Assembly (NCBI GenBank): GCA_934418295.1
Contig: CAKRWZ010000001.1
Coordinates: 1,611-65,610, forward strand
Direction of reading: 5' to 3'
Length of the DNA stretch: 64,000 bases
From: an uncultured Mediterraneibacter sp.
GTDB taxonomy: Bacteria; Bacillota; Clostridia; Lachnospirales; Lachnospiraceae
Shown here: in pieces, positions 37,656 through 47,690 of the stretch
Numbering within the stretch: the first letter of the stretch is position 1
How the letters are laid out: every line of letters begins with the position of its first letter
Made by a program: the position numbers and the translations under genes
Notes under the pieces: generated by a model
The model's input: only the letters and a program-made list of their open reading frames with translations
Database searches by the model: none
Told to the model about the DNA's origin: nothing

Positions 37656-38543
37656 TTAATTTCCTGTCTGATCCGACTTTTCGATCATATCTGCTTTTGT
37701 CGTAGTGATCACCAGTACTTCCTGCAGATTCTTAAAATCCACGACCGGGGTAATATATCCGGAGCGTGTCAGATTGTTGGAATCCACGTTGATCTCGCTG
37801 ATGTATCCGATCAGGATCCCCTGCAGATATTTATCGCTGATGTGGGAAGTCACGATCTGCTCTCCCACCTTGATCTCGTGATCATTGTTTTCCATCTGTT
37901 CAAACCGCATCTTTCCATCTTCCATCAAAGAAAGACTGCCTTCCACGATACAGCGGTCCGATGTGGTAAGCGTCATACCGCTCACATTGCTTTTATCGTC
38001 TATAATGCTCCGGACCGTGGCCCAGTTTGGCCCGGTCTTTACCACGATCCCCACAAGCCCGCTTCCGGCCATGACGTTCATATCGACTTTGATCCCGTCA
38101 TTGCTTCCTTTGTTGATCGTAAAAGTAGAAAACCAGTTGCCGGAATCCTTTCCGATCACGTAAGCACCGACTTTTTCGTATTCCGAATAGTTCTGATCCA
38201 GCTGATACAGCTCCTGCAGGCGCTCCAGCTCATACTTCTCCTGCTGGAGATCGTTATTTTCGATCGTCAGGGTGTCCACCTTTTCTTTCAGGGCTTTATT
38301 TTCCTTTTTCATCTCCTGGAGCGTGACAAAATTGTCGTTCAGATCGCTGAACCACATCCCGATCCGATTGATTCCCTTCTGCATGGGAATGATCGTAACG
38401 TTCGCGATCGCCTTCAAAGGAGACTCCGCATGTCCCGTGATCAGGGAAAGTCCCATCAGCATAAAACAGAAAATGGCCAGGCCGACGACCAAATATCTGG
38501 CGGTGGGCCCTGTAGAATTTTTCTTTTTCATGATTTTAACCAC
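37656..38543 (-). CDS. mreC: Rod shape-determining protein MreC
   Basis: N-terminal TM helix, coiled coil (LQEMKKENKALKEKVDTL), and beta-rich C-terminus (GLVGIV, VTSHISDKY..GILIG). Confidence 0.88.
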   Translation of the reverse strand: MVKIMKKKNSTGPTARYLVVGLAIFCFMLMGLSLITGHAESPLKAIANVTIIPMQKGINRIGMWFSDLNDNFVTLQEMKKENKALKEKVDTLTIENNDLQQEKYELERLQELYQLDQNYSEYEKVGAYVIGKDSGNWFSTFTINKGSNDGIKVDMNVMAGSGLVGIVVKTGPNWATVRSIIDDKSNVSGMTLTTSDRCIVEGSLSLMEDGKMRFEQMENNDHEIKVGEQIVTSHISDKYLQGILIGYISEINVDSNNLTRSGYITPVVDFKNLQEVLVITTTKADMIEKSDQTGN

Positions 38544-39553
38544 CTATAATTTTCATCCAGCAAGGAATAAGCAAGTCTGTCTAATTCCCGGTTCCATATG
38601 ATTTTGCGGATTCCCTCCACAGCTGCGGTATCCGGCCGTTCACCGGAAATTACTTTCAATCCGGTCATCTCCTGAAGGTACGTATCGATCCCCCGCAGTT
38701 TTGCCAGCCCACCGGTCAGAAATAATCCTTTTCCCTCCACCGCTTTCCGAACATCCGGAGGCGTGCGGTCCAGCATAGACAAAATAGAACGGACGCATTC
38801 TTTCAACGGTTCCTTTACTGCGGCCCGTACCAGTCCCACAGATACTTCTACCTGCTGCGGGATCCCGGTGATCAGATTTCTTCCTGCCACCGTCATCGAA
38901 GCATCTCCGCTTTCCTCAAACACCCCGAAACGTCTGCGCAAAGCCTCCGATGTCAGCTTTCCGATCAGAAAATCCTTGTGGTATCTGACCAGATTCGCAA
39001 CGGCAGTATCCAGCGTCGCACCGCCGATCTTCACCAGGCGGTTCAGCACGATACCGCCCTGGGACAACACGGAAAGCTCAGTGGTATCTCCGCCGAAATC
39101 TGCGATGAAGATTCCTTTTTCTTCCATCACATTCAGTCCCAATCCCACCGCCGAAGCGATCCCTCTCTCTACGATGCGCACTTCCTTTGCTCTGGCGGAT
39201 GAATAAGAAACCAGATCATAAAAGGCTTTTTTCTCTACCTCCGTAACATCCGTCGGGACAGCGATCACATATTCGGCGCCTCTCATCAATTTTTGCTCCG
39301 GGTTCAGCAGGCTCTGCAGCAGATACTGCATATCCTCAAAATGAGAGATGACGCCATTCTTCATAGGAAAAATCACCTGTACATTTTCCGGTGCTTTTTC
39401 ATACATTTCATATGCCTCATCTCCTGCCGCAAAAATATATTTTTTGTTTTCTACCGCAATGGTATCTTTTTCCTTGCGGATCACATTTTGATTTTTGTCG
39501 TATATCTTAACTTCATAGCTTCCGAGATCCAGCCCGTAAACGTTTCTGGCCAT
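38528..39553 (-). CDS. mreB: Rod shape-determining actin homologue MreB/Mbl family
   Basis: GLDLGS phosphate-1 and DFGGDTTE phosphate-2 motifs, plus LTGGLAKLRGI. Start taken at ATG 39553; alternatives at 39559 and 39571. Confidence 0.88.
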   Translation of the reverse strand: MARNVYGLDLGSYEVKIYDKNQNVIRKEKDTIAVENKKYIFAAGDEAYEMYEKAPENVQVIFPMKNGVISHFEDMQYLLQSLLNPEQKLMRGAEYVIAVPTDVTEVEKKAFYDLVSYSSARAKEVRIVERGIASAVGLGLNVMEEKGIFIADFGGDTTELSVLSQGGIVLNRLVKIGGATLDTAVANLVRYHKDFLIGKLTSEALRRRFGVFEESGDASMTVAGRNLITGIPQQVEVSVGLVRAAVKEPLKECVRSILSMLDRTPPDVRKAVEGKGLFLTGGLAKLRGIDTYLQEMTGLKVISGERPDTAAVEGIRKIIWNRELDRLAYSLLDENYRWLKS

Positions 39554-39586
39554 ATTCATTCCCCATTCCATATCTGACGTGTATAT

Positions 39587-40291
39587 TCAAGACAAAAATC
39601 CTTTTTCACTCAGGCTGATATAAGTATTATCTCCAAGAATGATATGATCTAACAGATCGATCCCGATCAAATTTCCGGCATCCCGCACTTTTCTGGTAAG
39701 CAGAATGTCTTCTTTGCTCGGGGTGGGATCCCCGCTGGGGTGATTGTGGAGCAGTATGATCGAGACAGCATTTTTCTGAAGGGCCTCAATAAAAAGCTCC
39801 CTGGGTGAAACCAGGGCAGCATTTACGGTTCCTTTGGAAATATCTGTCTCACCAATCAGTTTTGTGCGGGTGTTGAACAACAGAAGCTTCATATATTCCT
39901 GCTGTCTGTGCCTCATATCTTCCATGTAATATTTTGCAATCGATTCCGGGGAAGAAAAGCAAAGTGACTCTCCGGCCGTGGCTTTTGCAAGACGCTTCGC
40001 CAGCTCCGAAAGACACAAGATCTGAATCGCTTTTACTTTTCCGATCCCTTTGATACCCATCAGTCTTTCCAACGTCCAGTAATGGATGTTTAAAATCCCT
40101 TTCTGAGTAAAAATAGGATATAGTATCTGTCTGGCAAGAGAAAGGACATTTCCGCCCCGGGTTCCTGTCCTCAGCAGGACGGCCAGCAGCTCAATATCTG
40201 TGAGATAAGCCGCACCGTGGCGTTCGCACTTCTCATAAGGGCGCTCTTCCTCTTCCAGTAATTTTAAATTTTCTGTCTGATCTTGCTTCAT
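39587..40291 (-). CDS. radC: RadC-family JAB-domain protein
   Basis: HhH region (IKGIGKVKA) and JAMM motif HNHPSGDPTPSKED. Upstream of mreB, as in many Firmicutes. Confidence 0.88.
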   Translation of the reverse strand: MKQDQTENLKLLEEEERPYEKCERHGAAYLTDIELLAVLLRTGTRGGNVLSLARQILYPIFTQKGILNIHYWTLERLMGIKGIGKVKAIQILCLSELAKRLAKATAGESLCFSSPESIAKYYMEDMRHRQQEYMKLLLFNTRTKLIGETDISKGTVNAALVSPRELFIEALQKNAVSIILLHNHPSGDPTPSKEDILLTRKVRDAGNLIGIDLLDHIILGDNTYISLSEKGFLS

Positions 40292-40400
40292 AAATGATAC
40301 AACTTCAGACACGATTCGCACTTTATTCTACCATATTTCAAAAAAGGTGTATAGAAATATCCTATTAATTTTTTGTGAACTTGCTGTGATCTCATCGAAT

Positions 40401-42023
40401 CTATTCGTGCGTTTGAGTTCCGTCCGGCGGCGCATAACGCCGGATCAGGGCTTCCGCCACCTTCATCCCGTCCATGGCTGCAGATGTGATCCCGCCGGCA
40501 TATCCGGCCCCTTCTCCGCAGGGATAAAGTCCCTCTACAGCACTTTCCAGCGTTTCCCCGCGAAGAATCCGCACCGGGGAAGAAGTCCTGCTCTCCACGC
40601 CGGATAAAACCGTATCACCGTCTGAAAATCCTTTCAGATGCTGTCCGAACTGCCGGATCCCGCTGATCAGCGCCTGGGACAGGTTTTCCGGAAAAACATC
40701 CCGGAGATTTGCAAACGCATAACCACCTTTCATCTGCGGAAGTACTTTTCCGAAGCCGGTACTTTTTTGGTCTTTGCAAAAATCGTCATAGCGCTGCACC
40801 GGAATTTTCCCGCCGCCTGCAAGATATGCCTTTTCTTCCAGATCTCTCTGAAAAGCGACTCCGTCCAACGGGGTTTCCGTTCCATAGTCTTCCGGTGTGA
40901 TCGTCACTACGACTGCACTGTTTGCATTGGAACCGGACCGGTCACTGTAGCTCATGCCGTTTACGGCCAGTTTTCCCTCTTCCGAAGATGCATTGACTAC
41001 GTAACCGCCCGGACACATGCAGAACGTGTAAACGCCTCTTCCGTTTTCCAAGTTCGCCGTCAGTTTATAGGACGCCGGAGGCAGCAGGTCTCCGCGTTCT
41101 TTTCCGTATTGGGAAAAATCGATCTCCGTCTGCAGATGTTCGGCTCTCACTCCCACCGCAAAGGATTTGGCTTCCATCGGCACTTCTTTTTGATACAAAG
41201 TCGAAAAGGTATCCCTCGCACTGTGACCGGGCGCCAATACCACCGCCTGAACGGGCATGCACTCTTTACCGTTTACGATCAGAGTGTTTAAATGTCTCTC
41301 CGTCCCTTTTGTTTCGATCTCAAAATCTGTGACGCACATACCGAAACGGATCTCTCCGCCCAGCCGGCAGATTTCTCTGCGCATGCTTTTCATGATCTCC
41401 ACCAGCACGTCCGTTCCGATGTGCGGTTTGTTTTCAAAAAGGATCTTTGGAGACGCCCCGTGAGCTGCAAAAGTTTCCAGAACGAATCGATTCCGCCCTT
41501 CTTTGTCTTTTACCAAGGTGTTCAATTTTCCGTCTGAAAAAGTGCCGGCACCACCTTCTCCAAATTGTACATTCGACTGCGGATCTAACACACCGTTTTT
41601 CCAAAACGCTTCCACATCCGCCATGCGCTCTTCCACACATTTTCCCCTCTCCAGAAGAAGCGGTCGGTATCCGGCCTTTGCCAGCAAATACGTACAAAAT
41701 AAGCCTGCAGGGCCACATCCGATAACAACCGGTGGCGTTTTTAGATTTTCTGTGCCGGACATCGGCATCTGATAATTTTTTCGTACTGCACGCTGCACAT
41801 TTGCATGCTTACAGCGTTTCAGGAGCTTTTCTTCGTTTTTTACTTCCACATCTACCGTATAAATCTCATAAAGATCCGGCTTTTTTCGGGCATCCAAAGA
41901 CTTTTTGAAAATTTGCCACTGCAAAGGAGCCTCTGCTGACAGCGCCAATGTTTTTCTGATTTTTCCTTCCAAAGCCTGTTCCGTTTGTCCCGGACGCAGC
42001 TTGATCTGACTGATCCGAATCAC
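40401..42023 (-). CDS. FAD-dependent protein (COG2509-type uncharacterised dehydrogenase)
   Basis: GTG start at 42023 gives a GTGA overlap with the upstream gene. Dinucleotide-binding VVIGCGPAGLFCTYLLAKAG..LLLERG. C-terminus GLYPCGEGAGYAGGI. Confidence 0.7.
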   Translation of the reverse strand: MIRISQIKLRPGQTEQALEGKIRKTLALSAEAPLQWQIFKKSLDARKKPDLYEIYTVDVEVKNEEKLLKRCKHANVQRAVRKNYQMPMSGTENLKTPPVVIGCGPAGLFCTYLLAKAGYRPLLLERGKCVEERMADVEAFWKNGVLDPQSNVQFGEGGAGTFSDGKLNTLVKDKEGRNRFVLETFAAHGASPKILFENKPHIGTDVLVEIMKSMRREICRLGGEIRFGMCVTDFEIETKGTERHLNTLIVNGKECMPVQAVVLAPGHSARDTFSTLYQKEVPMEAKSFAVGVRAEHLQTEIDFSQYGKERGDLLPPASYKLTANLENGRGVYTFCMCPGGYVVNASSEEGKLAVNGMSYSDRSGSNANSAVVVTITPEDYGTETPLDGVAFQRDLEEKAYLAGGGKIPVQRYDDFCKDQKSTGFGKVLPQMKGGYAFANLRDVFPENLSQALISGIRQFGQHLKGFSDGDTVLSGVESRTSSPVRILRGETLESAVEGLYPCGEGAGYAGGITSAAMDGMKVAEALIRRYAPPDGTQTHE

Positions 42024-43237
42024 TTTGCAGCCCCCTTTCCTGCCACATAGCCGCTGGACCATGCCCATTGCAGATTATAACCGCCGCAGATCCCATCCAC
42101 ATCCAAAAGTTCCCCGGCGAAGTAAAGTCCCTTTATTTTCTTTGATTCCAAGGTCTCCGGCCGGATTTCTTCTGTAGAGACTCCTCCCGCACAGACCTGG
42201 GCATTTTCAAATCCGTTGGTATCTGTGATCTGGGTCCGGAAGCTTTTGATGATCCGCACCATCCGCTCCACATCTGAAGCAGAAAGCCTTCCTGCCGATT
42301 CTGTCGGTTTTATCAAGGCCAGCTTCAAAAACAGTTCCGCCATTTTCTTTGGGAAAAGTCCGGTAAAAAAGACTCTCATTTTTCGTTCCGGGTGTTCTGC
42401 GATCCGCCGGCCCAGAAAGGCTGCAAAATCTTTTCCGGAAAAATCCGGCATAAAGTCCAGCACAGCCTCTGTGCGTTTGTGTTCTGCCAGCGCTTTGGCT
42501 GCATACCGGCTCACCTGGAAGACCGGGATGCCGGAAATCCCGTATTTGGTAAGCTGAATCTCTCCCTGATCCGCCGCCTGAAATTTGCCTTCCGTGTAAA
42601 CAGCCACGCATCCCTGGATCCGGACGCCTGCGACTTGCGGATAAAAGGTTTCCCTGCACTTCAGCTGTACCAGCGCCGGCACCACCGGGATCAGATGATG
42701 TCCCAGTTGTCGGGCCAGTTTATATCCGCTTCCGTCAGACCCGGTAGACGCTGCTGCTTTTCCGCCGGTGGCCAATATCACTCGATCTGCACTGTAAGTT
42801 TTTTCCTTGGTTTCGATTCGGAACAGCCGGTCTTTTTTGCAAATCCATCGGATCTCCGCTTCCGTTTCCACCTGCACGCCCAGTCTGTCCAATTCCATCC
42901 GCAGGACATCCAATATCGCCGAAGCCTGATCGGAATAAGGATAAAGGTATCCGTTCCTGTTTTTGCAGTAGATTCCCAGCCTGTTAAAAAAGGCAATGGT
43001 ATCCAAATGGGTAAACTGCTCTAAAACCTGTTCCGGAAAATCCGGGTTCTCACAATGATAAAATTCGGTCCTTTGTTCTGTATTCGTAAAATTACACCGC
43101 CCGTTTCCGGTGGATAAAATCTTTTTTCCGACCCGGTCTTTGTGTTCCAAGACCGTGACATCTGCCCCTTCGGAAGCTGCTGTTACAGCCGCCATCATTC
43201 CGGAAGCCCCGCCTCCGACTACAATCACTTTTTTCAT
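42020..43237 (-). CDS. BaiN/RdsA (HI0933-like) family NAD(P)/FAD-dependent oxidoreductase
   Basis: VIVVGGGASGMMAA...KILSTGNGRCNFTN...GLYFAGELLDVDGICGGYNLQWAWSSG are signatures of the HI0933/YhiN family. Confidence 0.75.
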   Translation of the reverse strand: MKKVIVVGGGASGMMAAVTAASEGADVTVLEHKDRVGKKILSTGNGRCNFTNTEQRTEFYHCENPDFPEQVLEQFTHLDTIAFFNRLGIYCKNRNGYLYPYSDQASAILDVLRMELDRLGVQVETEAEIRWICKKDRLFRIETKEKTYSADRVILATGGKAAASTGSDGSGYKLARQLGHHLIPVVPALVQLKCRETFYPQVAGVRIQGCVAVYTEGKFQAADQGEIQLTKYGISGIPVFQVSRYAAKALAEHKRTEAVLDFMPDFSGKDFAAFLGRRIAEHPERKMRVFFTGLFPKKMAELFLKLALIKPTESAGRLSASDVERMVRIIKSFRTQITDTNGFENAQVCAGGVSTEEIRPETLESKKIKGLYFAGELLDVDGICGGYNLQWAWSSGYVAGKGAAK

Positions 43238-44514
43238 AATTTTACGAGCCCCGCCTGATCCATCTGTTGAAGAGACTGCAGAATACCCAGCTTAGCATGG
43301 GGCCATGTGAGCCCTCCTTGGAAATAAACGGCATAAGGCGGTTTCATCGGTCCGTCCGCGCTCAGCTCGATGGAGGACCCCTGCACAAAAGCTCCGGCCG
43401 CCATGATCACCTGGCTGTCGTAGCCCGGCATATCCCACGGAACCGGCGTGACATAACTGTCTACAGGTGCCGCCGCCTGAATGCCCCGGCAGAACGCGAT
43501 CACACCCTCCGGCGTTCCCAGTTCTACTGCCTGGATGATGTCGTGACGGGCTTCCTTTCCGTTTGGGATCACCGGAAATCCCAGGCTCTCATAGATGTTG
43601 GCGGCAAAAATCGCCCCTTTCAGTGCGCTGGCAACCACCACCGGCGACAGAAAAAATCCCTGGAAAAAGGACTGCATCACACCCAGGGAAGCGCCGACTT
43701 CCTGTCCCAGCCCCGGAGCCGTCAGCCGATAGCTGCAGTTTTCGATGCATTCTTTTGTCCCGGCAATATAACCTCCGATAGGTGCCAGTCCCCCGCCCGG
43801 GTTTTTGATCAAAGAACCCACCACCATATCTGCACCGACATCGCTTGGTTCTCTCGTTTCCACAAACTCTCCGTAACAGTTATCCACCATACAGATCACA
43901 TCCGGTTTCCGTTCTTTGATGAATGCGATCAGCTGACCGATCTCTTCTACCGAATAGCTGGGACGGGTCTGATAGCCTTTGGAACGCTGGATCGTCACCA
44001 GCTTGGTCTTTTCGTTTAACGCTTTTTCGATCGCCGGATAATCAAAATATCCGTCTTCTTTTAATTCTACCTGACGGTAGGACACTCCGTATTCCGCCAG
44101 GGAACCTCTGGAAGGCCGAATCCCGATCACTTCTTCCAAAGTATCGTAGGGTTTACCCACCGGCGACATCACCTCGTCTCCGGGGCGCAGATTCGCGGAC
44201 AGGGCCAAGGCCAGGGCGTGAGTCCCGCAAGTAATCTGCGGGCGCACCAGGGCGCTTTCCGTGTGGAACACATCCGCATATACCTGTTCCAGCACATCCC
44301 GCCCCTTATCACTGTATCCATAACCGCTGGCATAATGAAAACATCCTTCGTTGACACGGTTCTTCTGCATGGCGCAAAGCACCTTCAGCTGGTTATACTC
44401 TGCCCTGCGGTCGATCTCGTCAAACCGCTCTTTCAGTTCTGCTTCAATCTGTTCTCCGAACCGAAGGACATGTTCTGAAATTCCAAGTTCCTGATACATT
44501 TTATTCGTTTCCAT
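43234..44514 (-). CDS. ynbB: YnbB-type PLP-dependent enzyme (methionine gamma-lyase / aluminium-resistance family)
   Basis: 426 aa. Sequence NQLKVLCAMQKNRV...GYGYSDKGRD...RPQITCGTHAL is typical of the YnbB family. Alternative ATG at 44499. Confidence 0.7.
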   Translation of the reverse strand: METNKMYQELGISEHVLRFGEQIEAELKERFDEIDRRAEYNQLKVLCAMQKNRVNEGCFHYASGYGYSDKGRDVLEQVYADVFHTESALVRPQITCGTHALALALSANLRPGDEVMSPVGKPYDTLEEVIGIRPSRGSLAEYGVSYRQVELKEDGYFDYPAIEKALNEKTKLVTIQRSKGYQTRPSYSVEEIGQLIAFIKERKPDVICMVDNCYGEFVETREPSDVGADMVVGSLIKNPGGGLAPIGGYIAGTKECIENCSYRLTAPGLGQEVGASLGVMQSFFQGFFLSPVVVASALKGAIFAANIYESLGFPVIPNGKEARHDIIQAVELGTPEGVIAFCRGIQAAAPVDSYVTPVPWDMPGYDSQVIMAAGAFVQGSSIELSADGPMKPPYAVYFQGGLTWPHAKLGILQSLQQMDQAGLVKL

Positions 44515-45493
44515 TTTCTGTATGCTTTCCTTTCGTCTCTGTATTCAAAATGCCTTTTTCCAGGCAGAGTTCTTTCATCTTGTACAATATTTTTGTCTCA
44601 TCGTACCCAAATTCCGATTTGTCCAGCCAAATCACATCCCGCTCCCGCCGAAACCACGTAAGCTGTCTCTTGGCGAAATGCCGGGTATTCTTTTTCAGAT
44701 CCTCCACAGCCTTTTCCAATGTTTCATAATCTCCGTCCAGAAAGGCAAGTATTTCTTTATACCCCAGCCCCTGCATAGAAACCATATCTTTCGTGCATCC
44801 CGACTCCTTTAACGTCCGCACTTCCTCCAACAAGCCTTCTTCCAGCATTTGATCGACTCGTTTGTCAATTCTTTCATAAAGAAGTTTCCGGTCATCCGTC
44901 AATACAAAATAAAGAAACTGATAAGGCGATCTGCGCTGCTTTTCTCTTTCGTTATGGGCAGAAATCGGTTTTCCGGTCTGGTGATAGTATTCCAGTGCAC
45001 GGATCACGCGCTTTCGGTTGTTCTTATGAATTTCTTCCGCCGCCTTGGGATCTACTTCGCACAGCTTTTCATAAAGAACTTCCTCCCCTTTTTCTTCTGC
45101 CATTTGCTGCAATTCTTCCCGAAAAGAGGTATCGCCCGGATTTTCCGTAAAATGGATGTCATAGAGCAATGCCTGGATATAAAACCCGGTACCGCCCACC
45201 AAAATAGGGATATGCCCGTTGGCATAAATTTTTTGCAGTGCCGCCTTAGCCATTTCCTGGAATTTTACCACATTAAATTCTTCTGTAGGCTCGATCTCAT
45301 CGATCAGATAATGCGGGATCCCTTCCGTCTCCTCCGGGCGGATCTTGGCAGACCCGATATCCATCCGGCGGTAAACCTGCATGGAGTCTGCAGAAATGAT
45401 TTCTCCGTCCAGCATTTTCGCCAGATTGATCGAAAGCTTTGTTTTTCCGACCGCTGTCGGTCCGGTCAATACGACCAGAGGCAAATTTTCCAT
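44501..45493 (-). CDS. miaA: tRNA dimethylallyltransferase
   Basis: GPTAVGKT P-loop, ISADSMQVYR, and IPILVGGTGFY. Confidence 0.93.
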   Translation of the reverse strand: MENLPLVVLTGPTAVGKTKLSINLAKMLDGEIISADSMQVYRRMDIGSAKIRPEETEGIPHYLIDEIEPTEEFNVVKFQEMAKAALQKIYANGHIPILVGGTGFYIQALLYDIHFTENPGDTSFREELQQMAEEKGEEVLYEKLCEVDPKAAEEIHKNNRKRVIRALEYYHQTGKPISAHNEREKQRRSPYQFLYFVLTDDRKLLYERIDKRVDQMLEEGLLEEVRTLKESGCTKDMVSMQGLGYKEILAFLDGDYETLEKAVEDLKKNTRHFAKRQLTWFRRERDVIWLDKSEFGYDETKILYKMKELCLEKGILNTETKGKHTENGNE

Positions 45494-45557
45494 TTTCCAT
45501 CTCCTGATTCTTTGTATGCTGTCTCATTTTCAGATTTCAACTTTTATCGTTTTGGTT

Positions 45558-47615
45558 TTACACGATCCGCTTAAACTTTTTCTCCAATTCCCGTTTGGTC
45601 ATAGAAATGATCGTGGGACGTCCATGAGGGCAGTGATACGGGTTTTCCAGCTCCAGCAGCTCGCTGATCAAAGTCTGCGCCTCTTGCAGCGACAATTTCT
45701 GGTTTCCCTTGACAGCGGCCTTGCAAGACATAGAAGCAATCTTCTCGTCGATCAGATCCGGTGTCATGGTCGTGGTGATCCCGTCAGCCATTTGATCCAG
45801 CATTTCCAGGAACAATTCCTTTTTAGCAATACTGAAAAGATTTGCCGGAACTGCCCGGACAGCGTAAGCATCCCCTCCAAACGGCTCGATCTCAAATCCC
45901 AGGGCTGCAAAGCGGTCCATATGGCTTTCCAGGGTTTCTGCTTCCTGCATAGTCAAAGACAGGATCAGCGGAGGGCTTAACAGCTGAGACGTATATTCTC
46001 TGGTTTTCATTCCGCACAGCGTTTTCTCGTACAATACCCTTTCGTGCGCCGCATGCTGGTCGATGATATATAAGTTGTCGTGAAATTCTACGATCCAATA
46101 GGTATCAAAGGCCTGTCCGATGATCTTATATTCTGAAACATGACTCTTCTCCAGGAATTTTTCTTCGAAAAGATCCAATTGCCGATCATTTTCAGGAATC
46201 GGCTTCGTTTCTTCTGATTTTGAAGCGAAATTTTGCAGAGCGCGCTCTGTTTTCCACGTGTCGCGCGTGGTGTTTTTGAGAGTGTGCTCTGTTTTATCCT
46301 CTGTGGATTCTCGTTTTTCCAGAGCGTGTTCTGTTTTATCAGCGTAACGAACCGTTTCTCTGATCCGATCCATTTGTATTTCCGGACGATAGACCTTGCT
46401 CTGCTCTACCTCTGCAGAATCGTTTTGACTGTGAAAAGCCATGACGCGTTCCCGCATTTTCCGTATAAAATACGCTTCATCTTTTATTTCCACAGATTGC
46501 TTTGAGTTGTCCACATTTTCCACAGATTTATTCACAGAATTTCTGTCGAAAACCCTTGTTTCTACAGGCTTTTCCGCTTTTTTTGTCGAACTGTTTTCCT
46601 CGTCTATTTTTACGTCCGGAATCAGTTCCGGTTCCGTCAAAAAACGGTGGACACCCTCAAAGACAAATTGATAAACTTCCTGCTGTCTGTGAAACCGGAT
46701 TTCCATTTTTGCAGGGTGTACATTGACGTCGATTTCTTCCGGCGGCATCGTAAAATACAGGACAACAAACGGAAATTTATGCTGCATCATAAAATCTTTG
46801 TAGGCATCTTCGATGGATTTTGAGACCGCAGCATTTCGGATATAACGTCCGTTGATATAATAATTTTCAAAATTGCGGTTTCCGCGGCAGATGACCGGTT
46901 TTCCCAGAAATCCCTTCATCTGCAGTTCTCCTTTTGAAAAGGTCGTCTCGATGAGATTCGCCGCCACGTCCCGGCCGTACAGCTGATAAATCACATCTTT
47001 CACTTTTCCGTTTCCGGAGGTCCGGATTTTCTCCTGATTATTGCTGATAAAACAAAAGGATATTTCCGGATGGGACAAGGCCATCCGCATCATCAGATCA
47101 TGGATGTGGCTTGCTTCGGTCACTGCTGTTTTTAAAAATTTTCTTCTGGCCGGAATATTGTAAAACAATTGCCGTACCAGGAACGTAGTGCCGTCAGGCA
47201 CCCCGGCCACTTCCAGTTTCTTTTCCGCACCGCCTTCGATCACATAGCGGGTTCCTGCCTCATCCTCTTTTCGTTTCGTCTTCAATTCCACCTGGGCAAC
47301 CGCAGCGATACTGGAAAGAGCCTCTCCGCGGAACCCCAGGGAATGAATGTGGGTCAGATCGTCAATGGTGCGGATCTTGCTGGTGGAATGCCGCAAAAAA
47401 GCGCTCGGCACTTCTTCTCCCGGGATCCCACATCCATCATCTGTTACCCTGATCAACGCGATCCCGCCTTCCTGGATTTCCACCGTGATCACGGAAGCCC
47501 CTGCATCCATCGCATTTTCTACCAATTCTTTTACCACGGAAGCCGGTCGTTCGATCACTTCACCGGCGGCAATCTTGTCTATCGTAATCTGATCCAGAAC
47601 TTGAATATTCGGCAT
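45558..47615 (-). CDS. mutL: DNA mismatch repair protein MutL
   Basis: IAAGEVIERPASVVKELVENAMDAG GHKL ATPase N-terminus. C-terminal endonuclease/dimerisation domain (DQHAAHERV, CPHGRP). Confidence 0.95.
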   Translation of the reverse strand: MPNIQVLDQITIDKIAAGEVIERPASVVKELVENAMDAGASVITVEIQEGGIALIRVTDDGCGIPGEEVPSAFLRHSTSKIRTIDDLTHIHSLGFRGEALSSIAAVAQVELKTKRKEDEAGTRYVIEGGAEKKLEVAGVPDGTTFLVRQLFYNIPARRKFLKTAVTEASHIHDLMMRMALSHPEISFCFISNNQEKIRTSGNGKVKDVIYQLYGRDVAANLIETTFSKGELQMKGFLGKPVICRGNRNFENYYINGRYIRNAAVSKSIEDAYKDFMMQHKFPFVVLYFTMPPEEIDVNVHPAKMEIRFHRQQEVYQFVFEGVHRFLTEPELIPDVKIDEENSSTKKAEKPVETRVFDRNSVNKSVENVDNSKQSVEIKDEAYFIRKMRERVMAFHSQNDSAEVEQSKVYRPEIQMDRIRETVRYADKTEHALEKRESTEDKTEHTLKNTTRDTWKTERALQNFASKSEETKPIPENDRQLDLFEEKFLEKSHVSEYKIIGQAFDTYWIVEFHDNLYIIDQHAAHERVLYEKTLCGMKTREYTSQLLSPPLILSLTMQEAETLESHMDRFAALGFEIEPFGGDAYAVRAVPANLFSIAKKELFLEMLDQMADGITTTMTPDLIDEKIASMSCKAAVKGNQKLSLQEAQTLISELLELENPYHCPHGRPTIISMTKRELEKKFKRIV
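46237..46337. repeat. Three imperfect tandem copies with a 42-bp period inside the mutL linker
   Basis: AGAGCGCGCTCTGTTTT (46237), AGAGTGTGCTCTGTTTT (46279) and AGAGCGTGTTCTGTTTT (46321), exactly 42 bp apart. They encode KTEHALE.. / KTEHTLK.. / KTERALQ.. 14-aa repeats. Confidence 0.65.
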
Positions 47616-47690
47616 AGCTTCTCCTTATATGTTCTTCGTTGATCTTGTTGCATCTGTCTATCTGTTACATCTGTCGGTTTTATTGCTTCG

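Noticed and set aside
44501-44514. Absence of hfq after miaA, considered as a separate anomaly.
   Set aside because: The miaA-hfq linkage is common but not universal in Clostridia, and hfq may lie elsewhere. It cannot be judged from one window, so it is only mentioned in context.
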